DNA of 58,178 nt, the filler included, from Jimgerdemannia flammicorona (taxonomy: Eukaryota): the NCBI GenBank assembly GCA_003990765.1. It is 3 parts of 3 records of this genome, joined end to end, with 100 filler letters (N's around TTAATTAATTAA, not from the genome) between each part and the next. Parts side by side here need not be neighbours in the genome. Positions count along the whole stretch, not along the records: positions 19,432 to 38,755 come from RBNJ01001967.1; 2 more parts are not named here. One strand, 5' to 3'. Of this stretch, positions 25,199-35,795 are shown in pieces. Position 1 is the first letter of the stretch. Each line of letters opens with the position of its first letter. The translations under genes and the position numbers were made by a program. The notes under the pieces are model-generated. The model was not told where the DNA came from and searched no databases. It worked only from the letters and a program-made list of their open reading frames with translations.

Positions 25199-27161
25199 TG
25201 TAAGAGAGTTACTTTTTAGGGTGACCATTACGTAGTTCTGGAAGGGTTTTCTGAAAGTTCTGGATATTCTGGAAGACCGTTTTCTTATGGTCAAGATCAA
25301 TTTCATATGGAGTACATCCTCTACGCTTATTGATTTCAAGATCGGGTTGACGTCTCAACCAAAGTCCTTTTTCGGACTAGTTCTGGATGTTCAGGATTTT
25401 CCATATTTCAGGAAGTTCAAGAAACTAAGACCAGCTTAGTTGAATTGGCATATCGCTGCAGACAATACCCAATTAGGAAATTTCGTGAGTGGGTTAGGAG
25501 TGAGACCTAACAGGGAGTGGATTTACTTAAAAGTGGTTTGCGGGTTATGGAATAGGTTTATTTGCTATTCATGATGCTATACTAGAAGTAGTTGTGTGAA
25601 GGAGTATTTGTGGGGAAGTGCTCAGGAGTTGCATTCGGATTCAAGTCTGAGATTCTGAGGTCTGGGGGAGGGGGTATTTATACTAGTGAGGGGCTATCTG
25701 GACTATACTAGATATGGATGTAGCACTAAGTGCCTTGCTGAGTCAGAATACAGTCATGTAGTACAAGGCTAATCTATCTATACTATGACTGCTAGACTAT
25801 TTATAGGTTTAGACACTATCTGGGTAGTCTTCGATGACATCACCATCAATTGCATCATCTCTGATGAAGTAGTCATCTAGGAAGAGTGGTTCATGGATTA
25901 CTTCTCCTTGTTGGCTGAGGTAGTAATACATTAGGACTTCATCTCCATCCCACAGGATAGCATCATCTGTTTCATATGCTGGATAAGGTGTTGGTGGATG
26001 AAGGATGGGTATATCATCTTCGCTTTCATCAGATTCACTATCTGTATACCTTCTATAGGTTACGGCACTATGAGTTGCGGGGTTATAGTATGCTGGTGGC
26101 TGTAGTTCATGTCACTCGTACTCGGGTGGTAGAGTGGTTGGTTCGATCTCGAGGGTTGTCTGAAGGTACAGGTTGTGTTCTCCAGTCTCTTCATTATAAT
26201 TGAAGTAATCGGGGGTGAATGTGGGTTGGTATTCATGCCAGTGGTCATTGTCCCAATAAGTCTCGTATGTGGTTATAAACTGTTGTAAGTTCATCGGCAA
26301 GGTTGGCGGTGTGATCAGGGTTGGCAGAGATCCTTGGCTAGAGGTCATGTCGGCATCAGAGGGATCATTGTCTTCTGCTTCATCTTCGTCGAAGTGGATT
26401 ATATCGTAGACGTCCTTCATGGCATATCCAACTTGAGGCATTTGCAGGATATGGTCATCAGGGTGTGAGAAGGTTCTGTCTGTGGTCTGGATGTATTCGA
26501 GGTACTTGTGGTTGAGTTCTTGTATCATGTCATCGATTTGGCCATAGGACAGGGTAGCAACCATTTCGCTGGTAGTAACTCGGAGGCAGGGAATAAAGGT
26601 GTTGTACTTGTAGAAGAGTTCTCGATATTTGCGGGCGATGAGCTTCTGGTGTTGAGACATCTGGGTAATGTCTGTATCGTAGTGGTATTCGATCATATCT
26701 TCCAAGAGGTGGCCGATCTAATAGTAGCTTGATATTTGTCCAATCCGGTGGGCCTTGTTAAGCATATTCAGGGCATTCCATTGGGCTTTCATGAAGTAGA
26801 GGGGTGCTAGGCTATGGATATTCATGAGGGGCAGAGGGGGTGTGGCTCGGTTGACAATGGCATTCCAAATATCAGCGCAGATATGGTTGTAGATCTCAGT
26901 GGTCATGTTGTGTATTTGGAAGTTGTAGTTGTTGTTTGTTTTGGTTCTCTGATTTGGCGCATCTTGGTGCTTGGTATATATGCATTTAGTCCTGATTGGT
27001 AAGATTCTGTTTGTGCAAATCTTGTGTTCCATGACTTCGTATTGACTCGGCTTTGTGCGCTGTGACTTCAGTTTGACTCAGCTTCGTGATCAAGCAGGTG
27101 ATTTCTAGATTTATTCAGAGGTTGCGTGTAATTTCGGTGGCTTGGAGGTTGTGCGCTTACA
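25199..27161 (-). repeat. 3' LTR of element 1
   Basis: TGTAAGAGAG...GCGCTTACA; high identity to 33680-35644; minus-strand TATAAATA at 25675-25682 and AATAAA at 25557-25562. Confidence 0.95.
25809..26906 (-). pseudogene. LTR-embedded ORF (365 codons), 3' LTR copy, unknown product
   Basis: MTTEIYN...IEDYPDSV* in one frame with two premature stops (TAG at 26718, TGA at 26112). These are CAG and CGA in the other LTR. Confidence 0.8.
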
Positions 27162-27174
27162 ACTCTCCCCTTCT
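27162..27174 (-). other. Polypurine tract
   Basis: AGAAGGGGAGAGT directly before the 3' LTR on the minus strand. Confidence 0.85.
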
Positions 27175-27589
27175 TAGCTTTCGACGTCCTCGTCGGGGCC
27201 TTCTAATTTGTTCTAGTGTTGTTACACTGTTTGGAAGGTCAAAAGTCTGGTAAGGTCCATTTTCTCAGAAAGTGGCATGCTCATAGTACAGTTGCCTAAT
27301 GCATTGGATTCACATGTTAAAGGGTCGTGTATTCGATGCCGTGCACCGGAAGTGATTCTGACGTCATTCACTGCTGGAGAATTTCCTCTAAGGAATCTTC
27401 TTAAATGTCTACGCCTCGTTTCCCACCAGTGGTATGGGGAGAATAGGCTTGCTTTCAGTTTTGCTATTTTTCCAGAGGGTCGGTATTCTTGTCTTGTTTT
27501 GCTGAGTTCTTGACTTGGTTCATGATAGTTATAATGTTCAAGAGGGTAATATATAGCGTATATGGATAGGTGCAGAGTATTTGGTTCTA

Positions 27590-30500
27590 GTTGTTCAAGG
27601 AATCATATTCCTGAACTAGGTTGGTAGCATTCTGAAGGTTGGTCTTGGGTTCCCAGGTTGCATCATGGATTGGGTAATCTTTCCATTTGACAAGGTACTC
27701 AGGATGGTTCTTGTTGCCATGTTTGTTGAGAATTTGTTCAACTTCGTACTCTTCTTAGTCATTGATGATGACAGATACAGGTGGTTTGGTGGTCCTGTTT
27801 GGAAATAGCTCATCATCATTGTCATTGTATCGCTTGAGATGTTGAACATTAAAGACTGGGTGAATCTTAATGGTGTCCGGTAGCGCTAGTTTGTAAGAGG
27901 TTGGAGAGACTTGTACAATGACTTCAAATGGTCCAGTGAACTTGCTGTTCAACTTTGTGGATGGTCTGTGCTTGAGGTTGTCAACTCAGTATCCTCTGAT
28001 GTCTAGTAGGACTTTTTCTCCAATATCAAAAGTTTCTTCTCGGCGGTGCTGGTTAACATACTGTAATTGTTGTTCTTGAGCTCGTGATAAATTCTCAATG
28101 GCAATCTGGCTTAAATTGCACATTCGGAGTAAGAGTTCTTCAACAGCTTCGACTGTGGAGGGTTCTTCAGTGGTTCGGATAAGTGTCAATGGGGTGTTTG
28201 GATTTTGTCCAGTGTTGGCAAAGAATGGGGTCATTCCAAGAGAGGCTTGCTTGCTATTGTTGTAGGCAAACTCAACTGCGGTGAGGTGTTCATGCCAATC
28301 ATCTTGTCTGTAGGAGACATAGTTCCTTAGCATTTGTTCCAGAGTTTGGTTCATTCTTTCGGTTTGGCCATCGGTTTCAGGGTGAAAGGCTATGGATAGT
28401 GCAAGTTTTGTTCCAAGGTGTGTATGGAGGGCTTTCCAAAAATGGCTGGTGAATTTTGGATCTCAGTCACTAACAATGATCTTAGGAAGACCATAATAGT
28501 GGAAGATGTTGTCAAACAAGAGTGTGGCTATGTCTGGTGCTATTGCAGTAGTGGTAGTAGGCACAAAGTGGGCTTGTTTGCTGAGATAGTCCACAAAGAC
28601 AACAATTGCATCTTTTCTATTCTTGGTTCGCAGTAGTTGTACAATGAAGTCCATAGAGATTTGTTCCCAATTTGCAGATGGTACTGGAATAGGGTGGAGT
28701 AAGCCGGGTTTTGCTAGTGTTGAGGACTTGTTTCGTTGGCAGGCATCACAGGAAGTGATATAGGTTTTGAGCTGATCTGCCATGCGGGGCCAATAGAAGT
28801 TTCGGGAGATAACTTCATAGCATTTGTCAAATCCTAAATGTCCAGCTGTAGGGGCATCATGACATTCGAATAGGATAGTCCTTCGGAGGTCTCGGTTGTT
28901 TGGAACATACAATCTGTCCTTGTAGTAGATAGCATTGTCCTTGAGTTGGTATTGATTGTACTGGGTATGCTTGTCAGCATCGTCATTGTTCAGGATTTCT
29001 CGGAGTGCTTGAGCTTCTTTATCATCAACATATGCTGCGATGATTTGTTCCATAATAGTGTTGGTAACTAAGATCAGAGTTTGGATAACCTCTTTGATTG
29101 GTGGTCTGGAGATTGCATCAGCAACAATATTTTCCTTACCAGGGCAGTACTGGATTTCGTAGTCAAAGTTGGTGAGGACTTTCATCCATCTGGCTTGCTT
29201 TCAAGAAAGGGTAGCCTGGGTCTTGATATTGACTAGTAACTTGTGATCAGTTAATACAGTGAAGTGTGCTCCTTCTAGGTATGGTCGCCATTTGATCAGA
29301 GTGTCTACAATGGCTAGCATTTCCTTCTCATGAGTTGCGTAGTTGATTTCAGCATCATTGAACTTGCGGAGTGATAGGCCACAGGGTGTCCTTCTTGCAT
29401 GAGCACTGCTCCAAGAGCTAGGTCAGAGGCATCAGTGGTGACTTCATATGGTAGGGCAGGGTTTGCTGCTTGAAGTACTGGTGTGGTTATCAGGGCATCT
29501 TTCAGTACTTGAAAGGTGGTATCTTGTTCGGGTCCCCAATTTACAAGATTGTTGAAGTCCTTCTCTTGTTTCATGGTCCAGGGTTGTTCTTGTTTCTTGC
29601 TATGCTTGGTCATTTGGGTGAGGGCGGTAGCGATTTTAGCAAAGTTGGCAACAAATTGCCTATAATAGTTTGCTAATCCCAGGAATGACTGGAGGTCTTT
29701 CAGCTTCTTGGGTCTGGGCCAATTCTTGATTGCAGAGATTTTGCTGGGGTCTACTTTGATTCCATTCGGAGTGACAATGTGTCCAAGGAATTGAATTTCT
29801 TTCAGAAGAAATTTGCACTTACTGAGTTTTGCAAAGAGTCTGTTTTCTCGGAGTTTCAGTAGTACTAGTTCAAGGTGTTCGAGATATTCCTCCAGGGTTT
29901 TGCTGAAGACTAGGATGTCGTCAATGTAGACAATAACAAATTTATCCAGGTATGGATGCAGAATAGTATTCATCAGTGTCTGGAAGGTTGCTGGAGTATT
30001 AGTTAAGCCAAAGGGCATAACCAGGAACTTGAAGTGTCCATAGCAAGTTTGAAAAGCTGTCTTGTAGATGTCTTCTTCTTTCATGGCAATCTGCCAGTAA
30101 CCATTTCGCAGGTCAAAAGAGCTCATAAATTGTGGGTTGGTGAGTCTATCAAATATTTCATCAATTCTTGGTAGTGGGCAACAGTTCTTGATGGTCTGTT
30201 TGTTGAGATCATGGTAGTCAATGCACATTCGTAGGTCTCCTCCTTTCTTGACAACAAAGAGGACTGGTGTACCATAAGGTGATATGCTGGGTCTGATGAA
30301 TCCTTATTCTAGGAGTTCGTCAATTTCCTTCTTGAGTGTATCAATTTCTCTCGGAGATATGTGGTAGATTGACTTGAAGGCTGGTTTGGCATCTGGGATA
30401 GTCTTGATTGCATAGTCTACTGCTCATTTGAGAGGTAGGCCTTTCAGGAGCTTCTTTGGGAATATGTCTCGGAATTTCTGGAGTAGTGGTCTGACACGGC

Positions 30501-33500
30501 TGTCAACTTTGAAAAAATCTTCTTCAGAGTTCTCGGGTTCTCCTTTGGATGGTCAGATGGAGATGGTGAAGAGAGGGCATTTCTTGGCCAATTTCTTGAG
30601 TTATAGCTTATTGATGTGGGTGATCTTTGGTCCAGGGTCACTAGAGTTGAGTGGGTCCTTTTCGCCTTGTAGTTTGAAGTTGTGGCGTCCTTTCTTGATG
30701 GTCAGAGAATGGTTTACCCAATCAATCATGGAGTTCTCTTGTTTTAACCATAGAGTCCCAAGGATGATTTCATTGTCAGGAAGTGGTACGATTTGGAGGG
30801 TAACATATACTCGGTAGTCGCCAATTCAGAAGGGTAGATTGCGGACTTCTTTGCTAATAATATGTGAGGTTCCATCAGCTATAGCAACTGCTTGAGTTTG
30901 CTGTACCGGGGAGGTGAAGACCTTAAGTCTGTTGGCTGTCTCCTCATTAATGAAGTTGCCTGAGGCACCACTGTCTATCATAATCTTGACAGGTACTCTG
31001 TTGATGAAAGCCTTAAGGGTGAGCAGTTTGTCTGATCCAATGCTGGTGATTTCAGTTATAGGAGCCTTTCTTCTGTTGGTTCTTCTTTGAGCCAGTTTGT
31101 TGATACAAGAGAAGCAATCATCAATCATTCAGGAAGAGTACATTCCAATACTATGAGGGCATCAGCCACTTGGTACATATCCATTTTCTATCTTCTTGTA
31201 GAATTGCTCTTCTTTGCTTATCGTAGGTTGGGCTGGGGCTTTGTTTGATGAGCCAAATCCTTTAGATCCTCAGATGGTAGGCAGTAGCTCAGGGACTTCC
31301 TTGACTATCAGGGTTGACTCGATTTTTTCGAATAGGATCTGGGTGATGCAGAAGCCAATAGGGATCTTGAAGGGTGTCCAACTGTGGTTTCAGATGAGAA
31401 TAATAATTTCGCCTGTATAATCCTCATCAATGACTCCTCCTTCTACTGAGAGTCCTTTCAGTGTTAGGCTGCTGTGACAGCATATTCTTCCAACATGTCC
31501 TTTAGGGATTTAGATACTGATTCCTGTGTAGACTTGTTTGACTTCTTGGTTGGAAACTGTAGCTTCTTCGGCTGTATACAGGTCATATCCGGCTGCTTTT
31601 TGACTTCCTTTGGTTGGGGCCTTAGCAGTTTGTCTTAACTTGACAAAGTCCAGTATTCTGGTGGTCAGGTTGTTGAGGTGGTGCAGAGTGGTAACAGTTG
31701 CTCATGTTGCTGTTCGTGGTTTTCGGTTGGGGCAGGCACTGGCCATATGTCCTGTCTTTTGGCAATAGAAGTATGCTCTGCTTCTTCGAAGTTCATTTCT
31801 TTCGCCTTCAGTAAGTTTCTTGAAGGTACTTGGCTGGGTGGGTTCATGATTTCTGGGTGTCCAAGAGGTGGATGTGGAGGGAGCTCGGGATGCTTCATGC
31901 TTGGGTTCTTCTTTCTTGGTCCAAGTCCTTTCCTTGTTGTTAAATTATCTTCGGGGCAGAATTGGTCCAGCTGTTAGAATTCGCTTGACCATGATTTTGA
32001 TTCTTGCTAGGCACCATTGTTGGTAGTCACAACCAACTGGGCGGCCTTGTTCTCGGATTTTTCTGGTAAGCCATTCAGGCAGGGCATCAAATAAATGGTC
32101 TGCTCTTGTACCATTTCATGCTTCATCATTGGTGATGTATCCTAAGCCAACAGTGTTCAGGAGTGACTCGAGTTTTGTACAGAAGGTTTCGAATTCTTCT
32201 TTGCCATGTACATCAAATTTGAGGTTGTAGAGTTTTACTCGGGATTCGGCAATCATGGTTTCGCTGCGATATTGAGCAATCATGAGTTGTTTGAGTCCAG
32301 GGGCTGCAGGATGGGCTCCATATCCTGGGGCATTGTTTGCTGCATTCTGGGCAACTACTGCAGGTCAGGTATCCCAGGTGAGGGATTTTTCAGGAAGGGT
32401 TTGCCACCATTCTTCAGCAGGTCCTCGGAAGAATGTAACAACTTGGTGGACATAGGCTGTAGTTGTAGCAAAGAGTTGTTCTAGAGTGTGATCTTGATTG
32501 TTTGTCAGAATATGGTCAGCAACTCACTCATTAGTCCATTGATTGGCTTCGAAGTTGGTGTCAACTATACTAATGAAGCTTTGGACTTCTTGTGCAGTAC
32601 CATTGAAGATAGGTAGGCTCAGATTTTTGGTAGGTCGGGTCTGTTCAGCTAAGGCAGTAATGGTTGCTGCCATTATAGCTACTTGAGCTGTGAGTTCTAG
32701 AATCTGTTGGTTCGCCATATTGTTTACTGGAGGTGGTTAGACTGCTGGTAGTGGTGTTACTGGTACTACTTGAGGTACTGGTGCAGAGTGTAATGGGGTT
32801 CTTTGGGTCTGTGTAAGCTACTGGAGTAGTAGTTGTGGGTCTGGAGTGAGGGCTTAATAGATAGCTGTTTGTTGCTGTGTAGGTGTATTCTGTCCTGATG
32901 GATGTGTGTCTCCTTCAGTAGTGTATCTGGGATCGAATTCAGTGAGATACTCCTCCTCTTCTTCGGTTTGGTCTCTGTGTAATTGGGTTTGCTTGGCGTC
33001 AAAGTAGATAGAATCAGTTGTGTATCTAATTTCAGATGGACTTAATTCAAAGTCAAGTTCAGGTTCAGTATTGGTTTCAGATTCAGGTAGAGTTGTAGCA
33101 GGGCCTGGTTCAGGTTCGGGGTCAGGTAGTTGATGAAGGGTCTCTCTTGCTTCTTCTTTAAGGATATGGCGGGCCTTGCTGTTCTGGAATCGGTAGTATA
33201 ATGCGGTCTTGGTCCTGGTGCAGTGAAAGTCAGTAGAGTTGAGCCACTTGGCTACAGAGGCTTGGGCTTCGTGAGGAACTAAGGCTAGAAAGACTGTTGC
33301 TGGTTGTCCTAGGTCGCTCGGATTTGTGGAGCTGACAAAACTCTTGTTAAGAAGAGTAAAGAAGGCTTCAATAAGACCTTCTTCATCTTGACTTGCTGGG
33401 TGTAGTGTAAGGAGTTCGGTGAATAGGGATTTGCCTATTTGCTGGTTTAACCAGAGTACTTCTTTCTTTGAATGAAGTTTATTCCACTTGTTGCAGGTGT

Positions 33501-33627
33501 GGAGGTCAAATTGCCCTTGTATGTCAGGTTCAATTCTCTCCAGATTGTCAGATGGTTCGGATAAATTCCAGTTCAGAGGTTGGGCTTTATACCAACTTGT
33601 AGGAATTCTCAGAGGGGTTTGTAGCAG
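27590..33627 (-). pseudogene. Gag-Pol polyprotein of element 1 with multiple premature stops
   Basis: Gag MANQQILEL (32718); knuckle (C>Y)FYCQKTGHMASAC (~31730-31772); dUTPase (~31245-31655); protease MIDSGASG; RT VYIDDILV; RNase H TTDASDLALGAVL; IN HDAPTAGH...CDAC, SMDF, IVSD, GPF; chromodomain YEVEQIL...YLVKWKDY...TWEP. Confidence 0.93.
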
Positions 33628-33664
33628 GGTGAGGAAGCGTCTTGAAGTGGAATTGGATTGTAAA

Positions 33665-33677
33665 CCACTGCTACTAA
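33665..33677 (-). other. Degenerate primer-binding site, possibly tRNA-iMet
   Basis: TTAGTAGCAGTGG starting 2 nt after the 5' LTR; two substitutions away from a TGGTAGCAG(C/A)GG-type PBS. Confidence 0.5.
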
Positions 33678-33679
33678 GT

Positions 33680-35644
33680 TGTAAGAGAGTTACTTTTTAG
33701 GGTGACTATTACGTAGTTCTGGAAGGGTTTTCTGGAAGTTCTGGATATTCTGGAAGACCGTTTTCTTATGGTCAAGATCAATTTCGTATGGAGTACGTCC
33801 TCTACGCTTATTGATTTCAAGATCGGATTGACATCTCAACCAAAGTCCTTTTTCGGACTAGTTCTGGATGTTCAGGATTTTCCGTATTTCAGGAAGTTCA
33901 AGAAACTAAGACCAGCTTAGTTGAATTGGCATATCGCTGCAGACAATACCCAATTAGGAAATTTCATGAGGGGGTTAGGAGTGAGACCTAACAGGGAGTA
34001 GATTTACTTAAGAGTAGTTTGCGGGTTATGGAATAGGTTTATTTGCTATTCATGATACTATACTAGAAGTAGTTGTGTGAAGGAGTATTTGTGGGGAAGT
34101 GCTCAGGAGTTGCATTCGGATTGTTCAAGTCTGAGATTCTGAGGTCTGGGGGAGGGGGTATTTATACTAGTGAGGGGCTATCTGGACTATGCTAGATATG
34201 GATGTAGCACTGAGTGCCTTGCTGAGTCGGAATGCAGTCACATAGTACAAGGCTAATCTATCTATACTATGACTGCTAGACTATTTATAGGTTTAGGCAC
34301 TATCTGGGTAGTCTTCGATGACATCACTACGATTGCATCATCTCTGATGAAGTAGTTATCTAGGAAGAGTGGTTCGCGGATTACTTCTCCTTGTTGGCTG
34401 AGATAGTAATACATTGGGACTTCATCTCCGTCCCACAGGATAGCATCATCTGTTTTGTATGCTGGATAAGGTGTTGGTGGACGAAGGATGGGTGTATCAT
34501 CTTCGCTTTCATCGGATTCACTATCTGCATACCTTCTATAGGTTACGGCACTATGAGTTGCGGGGTTATAGTATGCTGGTGGCTGTGGTTCATGTCGCTC
34601 GTACTCGGGTGGTGGAGTGGTTGGTTCGATCTCAAGGGTTGTCTGAAGGTACAGGTTGTGTTCTCCAGTCTCTTTATTATAATTGAAGTAATCGGGAGTG
34701 AATACGGGTTGGTATTTGTGCCAGTGGTCATTGTCCCAATAAATCTCGTATGTGGTTATGAACTATTGTAAGTTCATTGGCAAGGTTGGCGGTATGATCA
34801 GGGTTGGCAGAGATCCTTGGCTAGAGGTCATGTCAGCATCAGAGGGATCATTGTCTTCTGCTTCATCTTCGTCGAAGTAGATTATATCGTAGACGTCCTT
34901 CATGGCATATTCAACTTGAGGCATTTGCAGGATATGGTCATCAGGGTGTGGGAAGGTTCTGTCTGTGGTCTGGACGTATTCGAGGTACTTGTGGTTGAGT
35001 TCTTGTATCATGTTATCAATTTGGCCATAGGACAGGGTAGCAACCATTTCGCTGGTAGTAACTCGGAGGCAGGGAATAAAGGTGTTATACTCGTAGAAGA
35101 GTTCTCGATGTTTGCAGGCGATGAGCTTCTGGTGTTGAGACATCTGGGTAATGTCTGTATCATGGTAGTGTTTGATCATGTCTTCCAAGAGGTGGCCGAT
35201 CTGGTAGTAGCTTGATATTTGTCTGATCTGGTGGGCCTTGTTAAGCATATTCAGAGTGTTCCATTGAGCTTCCACGAAGTAGAGGGATGCTAGGCTATGG
35301 ATATTCATGAGGGGCAGAGGAGGTGTGGCTTGGTTGACAATGGCATTCCAAATGTCAGCGTGGATACGGTTGTAGATCTCAGTGGTCATGTTGTGTGTTT
35401 GGAAGTTGTAGTTGTTATTTGTTTTGGTTCTCTAATTCGGCGCATCTTGGTACTTGGTATATATGTATTTAGTCCTGATTGGTAAGATTCTGTTTGTGCA
35501 AATCTTGTGTTCCGTGACTTCGTATTGACTCGGCTTTGTGCGCTGTGACTTCGGTTTGACTCAGCTTCGTGATCAAGCAGGTGATTTCTAGATTTGTTCA
35601 GAGGTCGCGTGTAATTTCAGTGGCTTAGAGGTTGTGCACTTACA
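33680..35644 (-). repeat. 5' LTR of element 1
   Basis: TGTAAGAGAG...GCACTTACA; direct repeat of 25199-27161. Confidence 0.95.
34293..35389 (-). pseudogene. LTR-embedded ORF, 5' LTR copy
   Basis: 208-aa ORF-track entry. The frame continues past one TAG (34763; CAG in the other LTR) through PPPEYERHEPQPPAYYNP; there is a 1-bp deletion near the C-terminus. Confidence 0.8.
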
Positions 35645-35733
35645 ACTGAGTTATTAGATAAGCTGAATAGAGATAGATAGTTGTTGAGATTATAAGTAGT
35701 ATACTGAGCTCTATAGAGAGATAACTCAAATAT

Positions 35734-35795
35734 ATTTATTTATAGACTGGTAATAAAGGCGGAGTCCAAGTGACTATATAAAAAAAAAAAAAAAA
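35734..35795 (+). mobile_element. 62-bp severely 5'-truncated non-LTR retroelement insertion
   Basis: AATAAA, polyA tail and a perfect 17-bp TSD AGAGATAACTCAAATAT (35717-35733, 35796-35812). Confidence 0.85.

Larger units (their letters stand above)
25199..35644 (-). mobile_element. Full-length Ty3/gypsy chromoviral LTR retrotransposon (element 1, 10.4 kb)
   Basis: Two ~1.96-kb TG...CA direct repeats; 5-bp TSD ACTGA (25194-25198, 35645-35649); PPT; PBS; gag-dUTPase-PR-RT-RH-IN-chromodomain. Confidence 0.97.

Noticed and set aside
31703..31705. TGA between the Gag knuckle and dUTPase as a programmed readthrough stop
   Set aside because: Indistinguishable from the many CGA>TGA lesions in this copy; it needs a family consensus.
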